Shown piece by piece: positions 1 to 8,995 of a stretch of 64,000 bases of DNA. The DNA is from an uncultured Acidobacteriaceae bacterium. Its GTDB lineage: Bacteria > Acidobacteriota > Terriglobia > Terriglobales > Acidobacteriaceae. Under the pieces are notes generated by a model. It ran no database searches and was not told the origin of the DNA. It worked only from the letters and a program-made list of their open reading frames with translations. The position numbers and the translations under genes were made by a program. The stretch's first letter is position 1. Each line of letters begins with the position of its first letter. The stretch spans positions 807,998 to 871,997 of the forward strand of contig CAVVGM010000004.1 of NCBI GenBank assembly GCA_963747805.1. The letters run 5' to 3'.

Positions 1-1
1 G

Positions 2-1141
2 GCGCCGCTCAGCGCTCCGGACAAAGAGCAACTATCGCTGGAGATCCTGGATGAAATGTTCGGCCTGGGGCCGCTTGAGCCGCTGCTGCAAGATCCGTCG
101 ATCAGCGACATTCTCGTGAACGGCGCGAAATTGGTTTACGTGGAGCGCGCCGGCATTCTGGAAGAGACCAAGATCACGTTCAAGGATGACGCGCACCTGA
201 TGCGGCTCATCCAAAAGATTGTTTCTGCCATCGGACGGCGCGTGGACGAATCGTCTCCCATGGTGGATGCTCGACTGGCCGACGGATCCCGTATCCATGT
301 GATTATTCCGCCGCTGGCGATTGATGGCCCGCATCTTTCGATCCGGCGTTTTGGCCACACTCCGATCACCGAAGATGACCTCTTGGCCAATCAGACGCTA
401 ACTGCGCCGATGCTGGCGTTGTTGAAGGCTGCGGTGGCGGCGCGCCTTAACATCGTGATTTCCGGCGGGACTGGGTCGGGTAAGACCACGTTGCTGAACG
501 TGCTCTCCGGCTACATTTCTTCGAAAGAACGTATTGTCACGATTGAAGACTCGGCGGAACTGCAACTGAAGCAACGCCACGTTGTCCGGCTGGAATGCCG
601 GCCCGCCGACGTGGCAGGGAAGGGCGCAGTGCAGGCGCGGCAACTCGTGATCAACAGTCTGCGCATGCGGCCGAACCGGATCGTGGTCGGCGAGGTGCGC
701 GGTGAGGAAGCTCTCGATATGCTGCAAGCCATGAACACCGGCCATGACGGATCCATGACTACGATTCACGCCAACAGCCCGCGCGACGCGATCGCCCGCA
801 TGGAGACCATGGCCATGATGGCGAACCTGAACCTGCCCGAGAAGGCGATTCGAAAACAGATCGCGTCGGCAGTTTGTTTGGTGCTTCAGATTGCGCGCTT
901 CAGCGACGGAACGCGCCGTCTCACCCAGATTGCCGAAATCACTGGCATGGAAAGTGACGTGGTCAGCATGCAGGATCTCTTCCTATTCGAGAAGCAGGGA
1001 GTCTCCTCCGAAGGCCGCGTACTGGGAACCTTCAACGCCTCGGGCGTGAGGCCCAGGTTCTCCGAGAGACTCAAGGCCGCCGGCTTTGACCTGCCGACAA
1101 ATATGTTCGACCAAACCAGCAAACACTGGAACAGGGGATAA
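2..1141 (+). CDS. cpaF: CpaF/TadA-family secretion ATPase (Tad/type IV pilus type), 5' end lies outside the window
   Basis: The frame is open from nt 2; the ORF-track Met at 56 is internal, because upstream codons read ...LSLEILDE. Motifs: [20 protein letters not shown], Walker [10 protein letters not shown], Walker [10 protein letters not shown], His-box [13 protein letters not shown]. Confidence 0.9.
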   Translation, partial: APLSAPDKEQLSLEILDEMFGLGPLEPLLQDPSISDILVNGAKLVYVERAGILEETKITFKDDAHLMRLIQKIVSAIGRRVDESSPMVDARLADGSRIHVIIPPLAIDGPHLSIRRFGHTPITEDDLLANQTLTAPMLALLKAAVAARLNIVISGGTGSGKTTLLNVLSGYISSKERIVTIEDSAELQLKQRHVVRLECRPADVAGKGAVQARQLVINSLRMRPNRIVVGEVRGEEALDMLQAMNTGHDGSMTTIHANSPRDAIARMETMAMMANLNLPEKAIRKQIASAVCLVLQIARFSDGTRRLTQIAEITGMESDVVSMQDLFLFEKQGVSSEGRVLGTFNASGVRPRFSERLKAAGFDLPTNMFDQTSKHWNRG

Positions 1142-1251
1142 CGAAGGGTCGGGCTGGATCCTCCCGCGCAAGACGGTCGAACCTGGAATCGACGACATTC
1201 GGTAACCCGATTCGGCTGACCCGAAGACATTCAGGCCCGAAAACGGAAAAA

Positions 1252-1273
1252 GGTCCAATCCCGGAATTGGACC
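1252..1273. terminator. Perfect 8-bp hairpin GGTCCAAT-cccgga-ATTGGACC downstream of cpaF. The A-run on its 5' side gives a U-tract only on the minus strand.
   Basis: Inverted repeat read directly from the sequence. It lies 110 nt after the cpaF stop and has no U-tract on the plus strand, so terminator function is uncertain. Confidence 0.3.
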
Positions 1274-1412
1274 ATAGTTACTTTGACCGCCCCCCGACCC
1301 CTCCTAGGATAGCAACGGAGCAGTATCCCCCCGGGCGTGACCGTCCGCGTAGCTGCGGAATGCGCCTGATCGGCGGCACCGTGTTGTCGTGTTTATCCCG
1401 CAACAGCGATCT

Positions 1413-2009
1413 ATGACCTTGGGAAAAAATCGCGGGTTCAGCATGATGGAATTGGTGATCACGGTCGCCATTGTCTTGACCATGGCGGGCGTGACTTTCA
1501 TGGCGCTGACACCGTTGCTTAGGGCAAGCCATGTGGATGCTGCCTACGACACTACGTTCTCGGTGATCAGCAACTACAGAAGCCTGGCCATCACCCAGAC
1601 GCGGCGCTACATTCTCCTGTTCTCGACTCCAGGAACGATCACCGTCCAGTATTGGTCAGGGACTGCATCGCCGGTTCCCACAACGGTGGCCACGTATACC
1701 CTGCCTACCGACATGCAATTCGCAGTGCAGGCGGGTTTTCCTAATCCCGGGCCGGAGAGCCTGAGCAACGGAACGGAGGCTGTCGCGTTTAACGCGTGCA
1801 CGGCGGTCGAGGCTGGCCAGCCTTGTTTGATTTTCTATCCTGACGGCTCCGCACAGGATGATATGGGCAACTTCAACAGCGGGGTTATTTACCTCACTCG
1901 TCCCAGCGACATGTACAGCTCGCGGGCGATCTCGGTGATTGGACCGAGCGGAAAAATCCGCGGCTGGCGCCTCTATAACCAGAGCGGAAATGTGTGGGTG
2001 CAGCAATGA
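1413..2009 (+). CDS. Prepilin-type N-terminal cleavage/methylation domain protein (pseudopilin/type IV pilin-like)
   Basis: The N-terminus MTLGKNRG|FSMMELVITVAIVLTMAG has a short basic leader ending in Gly, Glu at +5 and a hydrophobic helix. The ORF also allows a GTG start at 1389. Confidence 0.75.
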   Translation: MTLGKNRGFSMMELVITVAIVLTMAGVTFMALTPLLRASHVDAAYDTTFSVISNYRSLAITQTRRYILLFSTPGTITVQYWSGTASPVPTTVATYTLPTDMQFAVQAGFPNPGPESLSNGTEAVAFNACTAVEAGQPCLIFYPDGSAQDDMGNFNSGVIYLTRPSDMYSSRAISVIGPSGKIRGWRLYNQSGNVWVQQ

Positions 2010-2452
2010 GACAAGATATGCTGGGTTGGAATTCGCTTAAGTGGTTGCTGTGGATGGGCTTATACCTGATCCCGGTCGTGTTTTTGCCTTGGGCGATCTC
2101 GCGCACCTGGGTTTATCAGCACGGCAAGGAACTTCATCTCAAGCCGCAGCAGCTTTTCCAGCGCGGAGAGTTAGGTCTTCCCAGCCTGATCCTGGCCTGC
2201 TCGGTGATCTGGAATCTGCTTCAGTCTCAGTTCATGCCTCACACGGTCGCGCTGGGCTCGGTCATTATGGGTTTGAGCGGAATCATGGCGGTCAGCGTGT
2301 GGGTGGAGACCTACTGCCGGCAGGCTAGCGGCGGCGATCAACGTCCCGAGCGGGCCTGGCGGGACTCGCGGAACCTGGCGCTTCTGGTCTTCAGTATGGC
2401 CGCGGTGCTGGAAATTCTGTTGGACCGTTTCGCAAAGGTGGTGGGCCAATGA
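2006..2452 (+). CDS. Hypothetical ~4-TM membrane protein
   Basis: ATG at 2006 overlaps the pilin stop as ATGA. Several hydrophobic segments (WLLWMGLYLIPVVFLPW, LPSLILACSVIW, ALGSVIMGLSGIMAVSVW, LALLVFSMAAVLEILL). I recognise no family. Confidence 0.55.
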   Translation: MRQDMLGWNSLKWLLWMGLYLIPVVFLPWAISRTWVYQHGKELHLKPQQLFQRGELGLPSLILACSVIWNLLQSQFMPHTVALGSVIMGLSGIMAVSVWVETYCRQASGGDQRPERAWRDSRNLALLVFSMAAVLEILLDRFAKVVGQ

Positions 2453-2949
2453 GCGCGACTGCGCCCGCTCCAGCTCTGGCAGCTCCAGCGAAAACGCCGC
2501 GTAAGATTGCAGTGGTGCGCATGGCGGATGCGTCCGGCGCGGTGGCGGTGCTTTCTTTGATATTTGGCCTGCTGCTCATCTTTTCTCCGGAATTTTTTCC
2601 ACGGATGATCGTGCGAAGTTGGCAGCATGCCCAGCTCATGCCGATCATGATGGTGTTCACGTTTCTGCTCGACACCTGTCTCTATCTGCGGGTGGCGTAT
2701 CTGCAATCGGCCAAACCAAGGCCCGCGGCGGCGGTATGCCTGGGGTCGCTTCCCGTCCTCGTGGTTGGGGGACTCAGCATTCTTCTCCGAAGTGCCTTGA
2801 GTCACACGCTCTCGGCGGGCCTGCCGAATCTGCAGGCTCGGCTTGCCGAAGAGATACTGGCCCACACTTATCTGGGGTTGGTTTCCGCCGTGTTTTTGCC
2901 GTTCCTGGTGATCCGGCTTCTGCAACAGCTCAAAGCGGCAAATTCATAA
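2449..2949 (+). CDS. Hypothetical multi-TM membrane protein
   Basis: ATGA start/stop overlap with the preceding gene. Ala/Pro-rich N-terminus followed by about 4 hydrophobic helices. I recognise no family. Confidence 0.55.
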   Translation: MSATAPAPALAAPAKTPRKIAVVRMADASGAVAVLSLIFGLLLIFSPEFFPRMIVRSWQHAQLMPIMMVFTFLLDTCLYLRVAYLQSAKPRPAAAVCLGSLPVLVVGGLSILLRSALSHTLSAGLPNLQARLAEEILAHTYLGLVSAVFLPFLVIRLLQQLKAANS

Positions 2950-2973
2950 GCGGGCGAATGCGATCCGGCGGAA

Positions 2974-4168
2974 TTAGTTCTTGGCCGCGGAAGATCGATA
3001 GCCCTGCCAGAGGTATTCGAGCGCTTCCGGAAGAGTCTGCTGTTTCGTCGCACGGTCAACGTGCCCAGCGTTGCGGGCAAAGACGAACTGATAGTGATAG
3101 CCCTTATCGGCGAGTACTTTCGCCATACGCTCGTTGGCCAGAACCCAATCGTGCATGTTGTCGCGCATCACGTTGGGATTGAAAAGATCGCGGTCGCCAA
3201 CCTCCATCCAGATTCGTAGGGGCTTTGCCGGGACTGTTGGGGATGAGATGCTCATGAAATTCCCAGGCGCCGTGCGGGGTTTGCGGATTGTAAGGCCACT
3301 GCTGGTTGATGAATGTTCCCGAGTAGGTAAGCACGCGGTGATAGAGCTCTGGGTGATACCACGCCATGATCAGGGCGCAGGAGCCTCCTGAGCTGCCGCC
3401 CATGGTTGCCCGGCCGTCAGGGTCCTTCGTGAGCTTCACGTGCGCCTGCGCTTCGACCAGGGGCAAAACTTCTTTTTCCACGAACTCGGCATAGACGCCC
3501 GACATGGTGTCGTATTCAAAGCCGCGCTCACTTCCCTGCGCGTCTCCGCTACCGTTGCCGATAGAAATGGCGATCATCACCGGGACTTTATGTTGGGCGA
3601 TCAAAATGTCCAGAGTTGAGAAGAGCAAGCCGTCGGGTCCGTCGGCTCCGACGATGAAAGGCGCGACGCTGCCGGGGATGTACTGGCTCGGAACATAGAC
3701 GGCCACTTTTCGCGTGTAGGGAGCGGGATGGCTGGTGGTCACGACCAGCTTTGCCGGGTCCGTGGGATCGGCGGTTCCGAAGGTGTTTGCGTCACGCGCA
3801 ATGCCGGGATAGATTTTGCTCGCCGACGAGTTCATCGTGAACTCAATCACCGTTCCTTTGGGCACGCCGCTCGCGGCGGTCATCTCTGGAGTAACAGCCG
3901 GACTAGCAGGATGGCTCGGGCCGATGATGAAATTGCCGTCCGCCGTCGCGGGAGGGACGGAGCCGTCGGGCAATTCCTTCGCGGTGACATAGCCGGGAGT
4001 GTTCGGGTCGCGCGTGGGCGGGGCCGGGCGTTCGGTGTGTTGTGCTGGCGGAGCAGACTGGCCGAATGCGGGATTAATCATGTCCTGCGTGATCATCCCG
4101 GTCACGCCAGCCAGAACTGCGATGCTCAAACAACGCGGGATTGCAACGACGCGGTTACTTTGCGGCAT
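2974..4168 (-). pseudogene. Secreted putative esterase (enterochelin-esterase-like alpha/beta hydrolase) split by a single-nt frameshift near 3215-3235
   Basis: ORFs 3104..4168 (signal peptide, GGSSGG nucleophile-elbow-like motif) and 2974..3255 (PLRIWMEVGDRDLF...NAGH) are the N- and C-terminal parts of one esterase in frames offset by 1. The span is 1195 nt, not a multiple of 3. The junction lies at a G/C run (GGGGC on the plus strand). Confidence 0.7.
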
Positions 4169-4245
4169 TTTGAACTTCCTGAATTGTGTGTGGCCGAGCC
4201 GAGAGGCCGGACAGCATGATAACCGCTATCGGGGCGCCGCGCGAA

Positions 4246-6345
4246 TCACACCGAGAATTTTGGGTCGCCTTCGAGAATCTGGATCTGGAGTTTTGGCGCT
4301 TCGCCATTTTTCCAGAGAGTGGTGCGAGATTTAACGCGATAGCTGAGAGCGCCTCCATCGGGACGGTTGCTGCGTTCGAGCGGGCGCGGAATGCAGACGA
4401 ATTCCGTTTCGATAAATTCGCTGGTAGCGTGAACCACCGAGTAGCCATGACCCCCCATGTCGATGAACGAAACGTGCGGCGACAGGTCGGGATTGGAAAG
4501 CGCTCGGGCCTTCGCGATATCGCCGGACTGCAAGTATTCGAAACACGACCGCACCCCGTGCCGCACGAGCAAATTTAATGTGGGCTGCGGAGTGTGATCC
4601 GCCGGTGCTTGTCCGACATAGAGTGATCGCAGCGGATGGTCTTTCGGCAAAGCATGTTCCAGTGCCTCGACTATTGTCGGTGCGGAGATGGAGCCGGTCA
4701 CAAACGCGATGCCAACCGGAACAAAAGGTTTTGGCGGCAGAGACTTCGCGGCCAGTCCTGCCCAGAAGCTGTGGCGGTCTCCGGCGATCGTGGCAAAGCC
4801 GGTGATGCCGTTGGCCTGGACGAAGTCGTAGATCTCACCGCGCTCCACGTAGGCCGTGCCGTGATCTCCCAGCGGGGAAGTGGCGTAACCGTTCACCGGC
4901 CATGGCTTGCCTTTTCCTTTCGGCAGATTTTGCAGATCGGCGCGCATGTCGAGCGTGGCGGTGGTGTTGCCCCAAATCTTCCAGGTCGCTTTAGAGCTGA
5001 GTAGGCGCTCGAGGAACCAGGTTTTTTGTTCGGCGCCAAGAATTGTTTGCGCGGGCCGGTCTTTCCAAGAGTTCTCGATCTCCACACTACCGAAACGAAT
5101 GGATGCCGGCGGCCGTCCGCCATTGTAGGTGCGGCCGGCATCGAGAATTTCCATGGCGTCTTCCGGCATGAACTCGGGGAAGTCGTCGCTCGAAAGAGGG
5201 TTTGCCTCGGGCTGATCGGTAGGCGTTTCAGAGCGATAGCTGCGCTGGTCGGTGACGATTAGCTCCACGTTCCGTCCCCAGCGCAAGGCGCGGTAACCTT
5301 TGAGGCTGCCGATGGCTGCAAGGTTGTTGGGTTCCTGTCCGAGGCCGTGCTCGTCAAAGCGAGTGATCGGCGCATCGACTACCGGCGGAGGATCGAAACG
5401 ATCGAGCGACGGCCCGCTGGGTTTCGTGATCCGCGCCGGTTGGTATTCGAAGAACGCCTGGTTAGCCGCAACTTTGCGGGTCTGCGCCGGAAGATTTTTC
5501 CCTCCAAACCTTTGCAGGGATTGCCAGCCCAGCCAGCTGAATTCGTGGTTGTCCCACATGTTGACGAAGGGCCAGCGCGCGCGTGCGTCCTGCAGATCGG
5601 GATCGCCCAGATACCCGCGATAGACGGCGCGATAATCTTCCACCGTGGTTGGGATGTGAAAGTCGCGAATCTTTTCGCCATGCGGATAGCGGACAATGTC
5701 GCGCAGGCGGCGATCGTACATTCCCTGGGGACGGTCCTCGGGGTACCAGACAAGTTCGTAGATGAAGTCGCCGAGGTGAAGTACGAAGCCGATCTGCTCC
5801 GGCTCGGGAGCGCGCTCATCTTCGAAAATCATTCTGCGGTAGGCGTTTTGCGCGCCCTGGTTCGCATTCTGGCAACTTACAAACACAAAACGCACCGCTC
5901 TCGCGTCGTCCACGTCGGGCGCGGTGATGGTGCGACCCACGCGGCTGCCAAGGCCGTCGGAATCGGTGAAGCGGTACCAATACACGCGGCTGGGCTTCAG
6001 CCCGCCCACCAGCACCCGGCAGGTCCAGTCGGATGCTGCGGAAACCGGGGCCGCAGCCGTTGCTACAACACGAGTGAACTGCGCGTCTTCGGCAACTTCG
6101 ACGTGCAGTTTTATGACCTTCGATTTCGGCGCCGGTTCTTCAGCGGATCTTTCAGCTGGCGGTCGGCGGGTCCACAGCAGAACGCTGTTGCTGTCGGGGT
6201 CCGCGGATGCGACTCCCTGAGGAAAAAGATCGCGACGTTCGCGCCATGCGAGGCTGGACTTCGATCCAAACGGACTGCCCCAGGCTGCAACCGCGCCCAT
6301 GGCGGCGGCCATCTCCAGGAAAGATCGTCTGGTGATAGTGGACAT
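4246..6345 (-). CDS. phoD: PhoD-family alkaline phosphatase/phosphodiesterase with a Tat signal
   Basis: MSTITRRSFLEMAAAMGAVAAWG twin-arginine leader preceded by a GAGGGA RBS. Metallophosphatase motifs FVSCQN, HLGDFIYE, WDNHEF. The ORF-track start at 6393 is probably too far upstream. Confidence 0.85.
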   Translation of the reverse strand: MSTITRRSFLEMAAAMGAVAAWGSPFGSKSSLAWRERRDLFPQGVASADPDSNSVLLWTRRPPAERSAEEPAPKSKVIKLHVEVAEDAQFTRVVATAAAPVSAASDWTCRVLVGGLKPSRVYWYRFTDSDGLGSRVGRTITAPDVDDARAVRFVFVSCQNANQGAQNAYRRMIFEDERAPEPEQIGFVLHLGDFIYELVWYPEDRPQGMYDRRLRDIVRYPHGEKIRDFHIPTTVEDYRAVYRGYLGDPDLQDARARWPFVNMWDNHEFSWLGWQSLQRFGGKNLPAQTRKVAANQAFFEYQPARITKPSGPSLDRFDPPPVVDAPITRFDEHGLGQEPNNLAAIGSLKGYRALRWGRNVELIVTDQRSYRSETPTDQPEANPLSSDDFPEFMPEDAMEILDAGRTYNGGRPPASIRFGSVEIENSWKDRPAQTILGAEQKTWFLERLLSSKATWKIWGNTTATLDMRADLQNLPKGKGKPWPVNGYATSPLGDHGTAYVERGEIYDFVQANGITGFATIAGDRHSFWAGLAAKSLPPKPFVPVGIAFVTGSISAPTIVEALEHALPKDHPLRSLYVGQAPADHTPQPTLNLLVRHGVRSCFEYLQSGDIAKARALSNPDLSPHVSFIDMGGHGYSVVHATSEFIETEFVCIPRPLERSNRPDGGALSYRVKSRTTLWKNGEAPKLQIQILEGDPKFSV

Positions 6346-6450
6346 CGGTTCATCCCTCTGAGAGAACATTTGAGCAGGGAATTCGATCTGCACAAATGAT
6401 TACCCCATTCGGGGCTTCACCGCAATCCCGAATCACGCGGCATCGTTTTC

Positions 6451-6900
6451 TCAGTCGGAGAACAACGCTCCGGTGCCGAGCCAGAATGCCGCCAGGGATT
6501 TCAGATTCCGCTTGTAAGTGCGGGTGACCGTGTATTCTTTCCCACCTTTCACCCGGAGACCATATTCTCCCGTAGGGTAGGGCCTGATTTCTTCCACGAA
6601 TGACGCGTTTACCAGCACCGAGCGATGAATCCGAATGAACCCGTGAGGCTCCAGCTTTTGAGCCACGACGGAGAGCGACTCACGCAGCAGATGGGAAATC
6701 GATTCCCGCCGCAGCCACACATAGTTGCCTTCCGACTGCACGGCGACCACCTCACCAGGATTGATGAAGAGGATGCGTCCCTTCACCTTGAAGGCGATGC
6801 GGGGCTGCATCGGGCTTGTGAACCGTTGCAACGGTGGGAAGGCTTCTACCAGTGAAGCCGTTTGTTCGGATGCGGGTTTGGCAACAATTGATACTCCCAT
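6451..6900 (-). CDS. Stand-alone LytTR-domain DNA-binding protein (no receiver domain)
   Basis: IAFKVKGRILFINPGEVVAVQSEGNYVWL...HGFIRIHRSVLVNASFVEEI...YTVTRTYKRNLK matches the LytTR fold pattern. Confidence 0.8.
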   Translation of the reverse strand: MGVSIVAKPASEQTASLVEAFPPLQRFTSPMQPRIAFKVKGRILFINPGEVVAVQSEGNYVWLRRESISHLLRESLSVVAQKLEPHGFIRIHRSVLVNASFVEEIRPYPTGEYGLRVKGGKEYTVTRTYKRNLKSLAAFWLGTGALFSD

Positions 6901-6934
6901 AGGGTTCCTGTTCGGCCCTGCACGGGGCAGGGAA

Positions 6935-7016
6935 GATCATTGATCCGAAGGTCATCGATCTCGAAAATCATCGATTTCGAAAAATCATTGATTCCAAAGA
7001 TCACTGATTTCGAAGA
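6935..7016. repeat. Five tandem 16-17-bp direct repeats, consensus TCATYGATYTCGAARA (a sixth degenerate unit runs to 7032)
   Basis: Units: gatcattgatccgaag / gtcatcgatctcgaaaa / tcatcgatttcgaaaaa / tcattgattccaaaga / tcactgatttcgaaga. They lie in the divergent LytTR-MocR intergenic region. Confidence 0.9.
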
Positions 7017-7101
7017 TCGCTGTTGCCATAATGGCCCTCAAAGTGGTCAGAAACAATACCCACTTGACTGGATTTGGACATAGCCATTATGATCCGCCCG
7101 C

Positions 7102-8610
7102 ATGAAGAGAGCAGCCTCCGGAATTGTTCCCGTGATCGCGGTCGACCGCAAAGCTGCCAAAGCCTTGCACACTCAAATCTATGATGCATACCGCACGGCC
7201 ATCGTCACCGGCAGCCTGCGCCCCCGGCAGCGAATTCCCTCAACCCGAGTGCTCGCGACTGAGCTGGGAGTTTCTCGGTTCCCGGTACTGAATGCCTACG
7301 CCCAGCTGCTGGCGGAAGGCTATTTTGAGAGCCGGGTTGGTGCGGGCACGGTGGTCTCGAGCCTTCTTCCAGACCAACTCACCTCGAGTGGACCAACCAG
7401 GAGCGGACCAACGAGGAGCGGGCCAACGAATGCGCGACTCGCGGCAACCCGCTCCGCACCCCGGCAGGTGGCGCGTCATCCGAACGTTCGCCGTGTTCAA
7501 CGGTTCCCCTGGCTGCGCGGCCCGGGAGCGTTTGGCGTGGGGCAAGTCGCCTCCGATCAATTTCCTCTGCACGTGTGGTCGAATCTGGTGGCGCGCCGCT
7601 GTCGAAATATGGACGCGGCGTCGTTTCATTATGGCGACCAGACCGGCTTCAAGCTTCTGCGGGAAACCCTCGCCAGCTATCTGAGAACGGCGCGAGCGCT
7701 GCATTGCGAAGCCGATCAGGTGATGATCGTCGCCGGGTCGCAGCAGGCGCTGGAGATTTCGGCTCGCGTTCTCCTCGATCCGGGGAGTTCCGTGTGGGTG
7801 GAAGAGCCGGGTTATCGGCTGGCACAAGATGCCTTCGCGCTGAATGGCTGCAGTCTGGTACCAGTTCCGGTAGACGGAGAGGGTCTGGATGTTGCCGCGG
7901 GAATCCGCAGATGTCCCAAGGCGCGGGCCGCGTTTGTAACGCCCTCGCATCAATACCCGCTGGGCGTTACCATGAGCGCCTCGCGCCGCTTTCAGCTGCT
8001 GGAGTGGTCCCAGGCCACGGGGAGCTGGATTATTGAAGACGATTACGACAGCGAGTACCGATACGAGAGCCTGCCGATCGCGTCGTTGCAAGGGCTCGAC
8101 GCCAGCGCTCGCGTGATTTATGTAGGGACCTTCAGCAAGGTCTTATTTCCTGCCTTGCGCCTGGGCTATATCGTGATTCCACCGGACCTGGTCGACGCCT
8201 TTCTCACCGTCCGCCGGGCGATGGATCTTGGCCCTCCCAGCTTTTTTCAGGAAGTGCTTGCGGACTTTATTGGCGAAGGCCATTTTGCGCGCCACATCCG
8301 CAGGATGCGGGTTCTCTACCGCGAACGCCGGAGCGCGCTGGTCGATAGCATCCGCGAAGAACTTGGGACCATGGTCGAAGTGCTCGGCGGGGAAGCTGGA
8401 ATGCATCTGACCGTGACCCTGCCGAACAAGATTCACGATGTAGAAATCTCCGAGCGAGCCGCGCGCGAGAATCTGTGGATATGGCCTCTCTCTCCGAACT
8501 ACCTGGGAGAGGCTACGCGGTCGGGCTTCATCCTGGGTTTTGGCAGCACAGATGTTGCGGAGATTCCGCGCGCCGTTCGCAAACTTGGCGGCCTGCTTGC
8601 CCGGACGTGA
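7102..8610 (+). CDS. MocR/PdxR-type regulator (GntR wHTH fused to a PLP-dependent aminotransferase-like domain)
   Basis: N-terminal GntR HTH (IPSTRVLATELGVSRFPVLNAYAQLLAEGY), then a linker with GPTRS repeats, then a fold-type I aminotransferase-like domain (TPSHQYPLG, YVGTFSKVLFPALRLGY). Confidence 0.85.
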   Translation: MKRAASGIVPVIAVDRKAAKALHTQIYDAYRTAIVTGSLRPRQRIPSTRVLATELGVSRFPVLNAYAQLLAEGYFESRVGAGTVVSSLLPDQLTSSGPTRSGPTRSGPTNARLAATRSAPRQVARHPNVRRVQRFPWLRGPGAFGVGQVASDQFPLHVWSNLVARRCRNMDAASFHYGDQTGFKLLRETLASYLRTARALHCEADQVMIVAGSQQALEISARVLLDPGSSVWVEEPGYRLAQDAFALNGCSLVPVPVDGEGLDVAAGIRRCPKARAAFVTPSHQYPLGVTMSASRRFQLLEWSQATGSWIIEDDYDSEYRYESLPIASLQGLDASARVIYVGTFSKVLFPALRLGYIVIPPDLVDAFLTVRRAMDLGPPSFFQEVLADFIGEGHFARHIRRMRVLYRERRSALVDSIREELGTMVEVLGGEAGMHLTVTLPNKIHDVEISERAARENLWIWPLSPNYLGEATRSGFILGFGSTDVAEIPRAVRKLGGLLART

Positions 8611-8995
8611 GCAGTGCTGGGAGAAAAGCGTGACGACTCATTCCTGTTGTCCTTGCCGTGTGGCGGACGAGCTGATCGAGAACCTTGGAACCTCCTGTAG
8701 GCTGCGAAACCGGTCCACGTCATTTTTCTTTGCCGCTCCGGTCGTAAGAGTAGGATAATTTCATCGGACACACTCTCGCTTCCCCCCAAACGCAAGCGAC
8801 GGCGAGAATCGGTATAGTTTTGGAGGCTTTAGTACGGTCTAACGGTGGGCGAGTTTTTTGGGCGCCTACTCTCCATCTTGGCGTCAGGATCCCACAGGAC
8901 TTGCAGTAGTTTTTCAAGCGCTCGCAGGAACGACTGCGGGATGCAATCGCGAGAGCCGCAGCGCGGGCGGCTGCTTTTATAGAGAGGAATCATTT

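Noticed and set aside
5347-6399. 350-aa plus-strand ORF overlapping phoD
   Set aside because: It is antisense to a gene with clear PhoD motifs and a Tat signal. Its translation is Arg/Gly/Ala-rich with no motifs, the typical shadow ORF of high-GC DNA.
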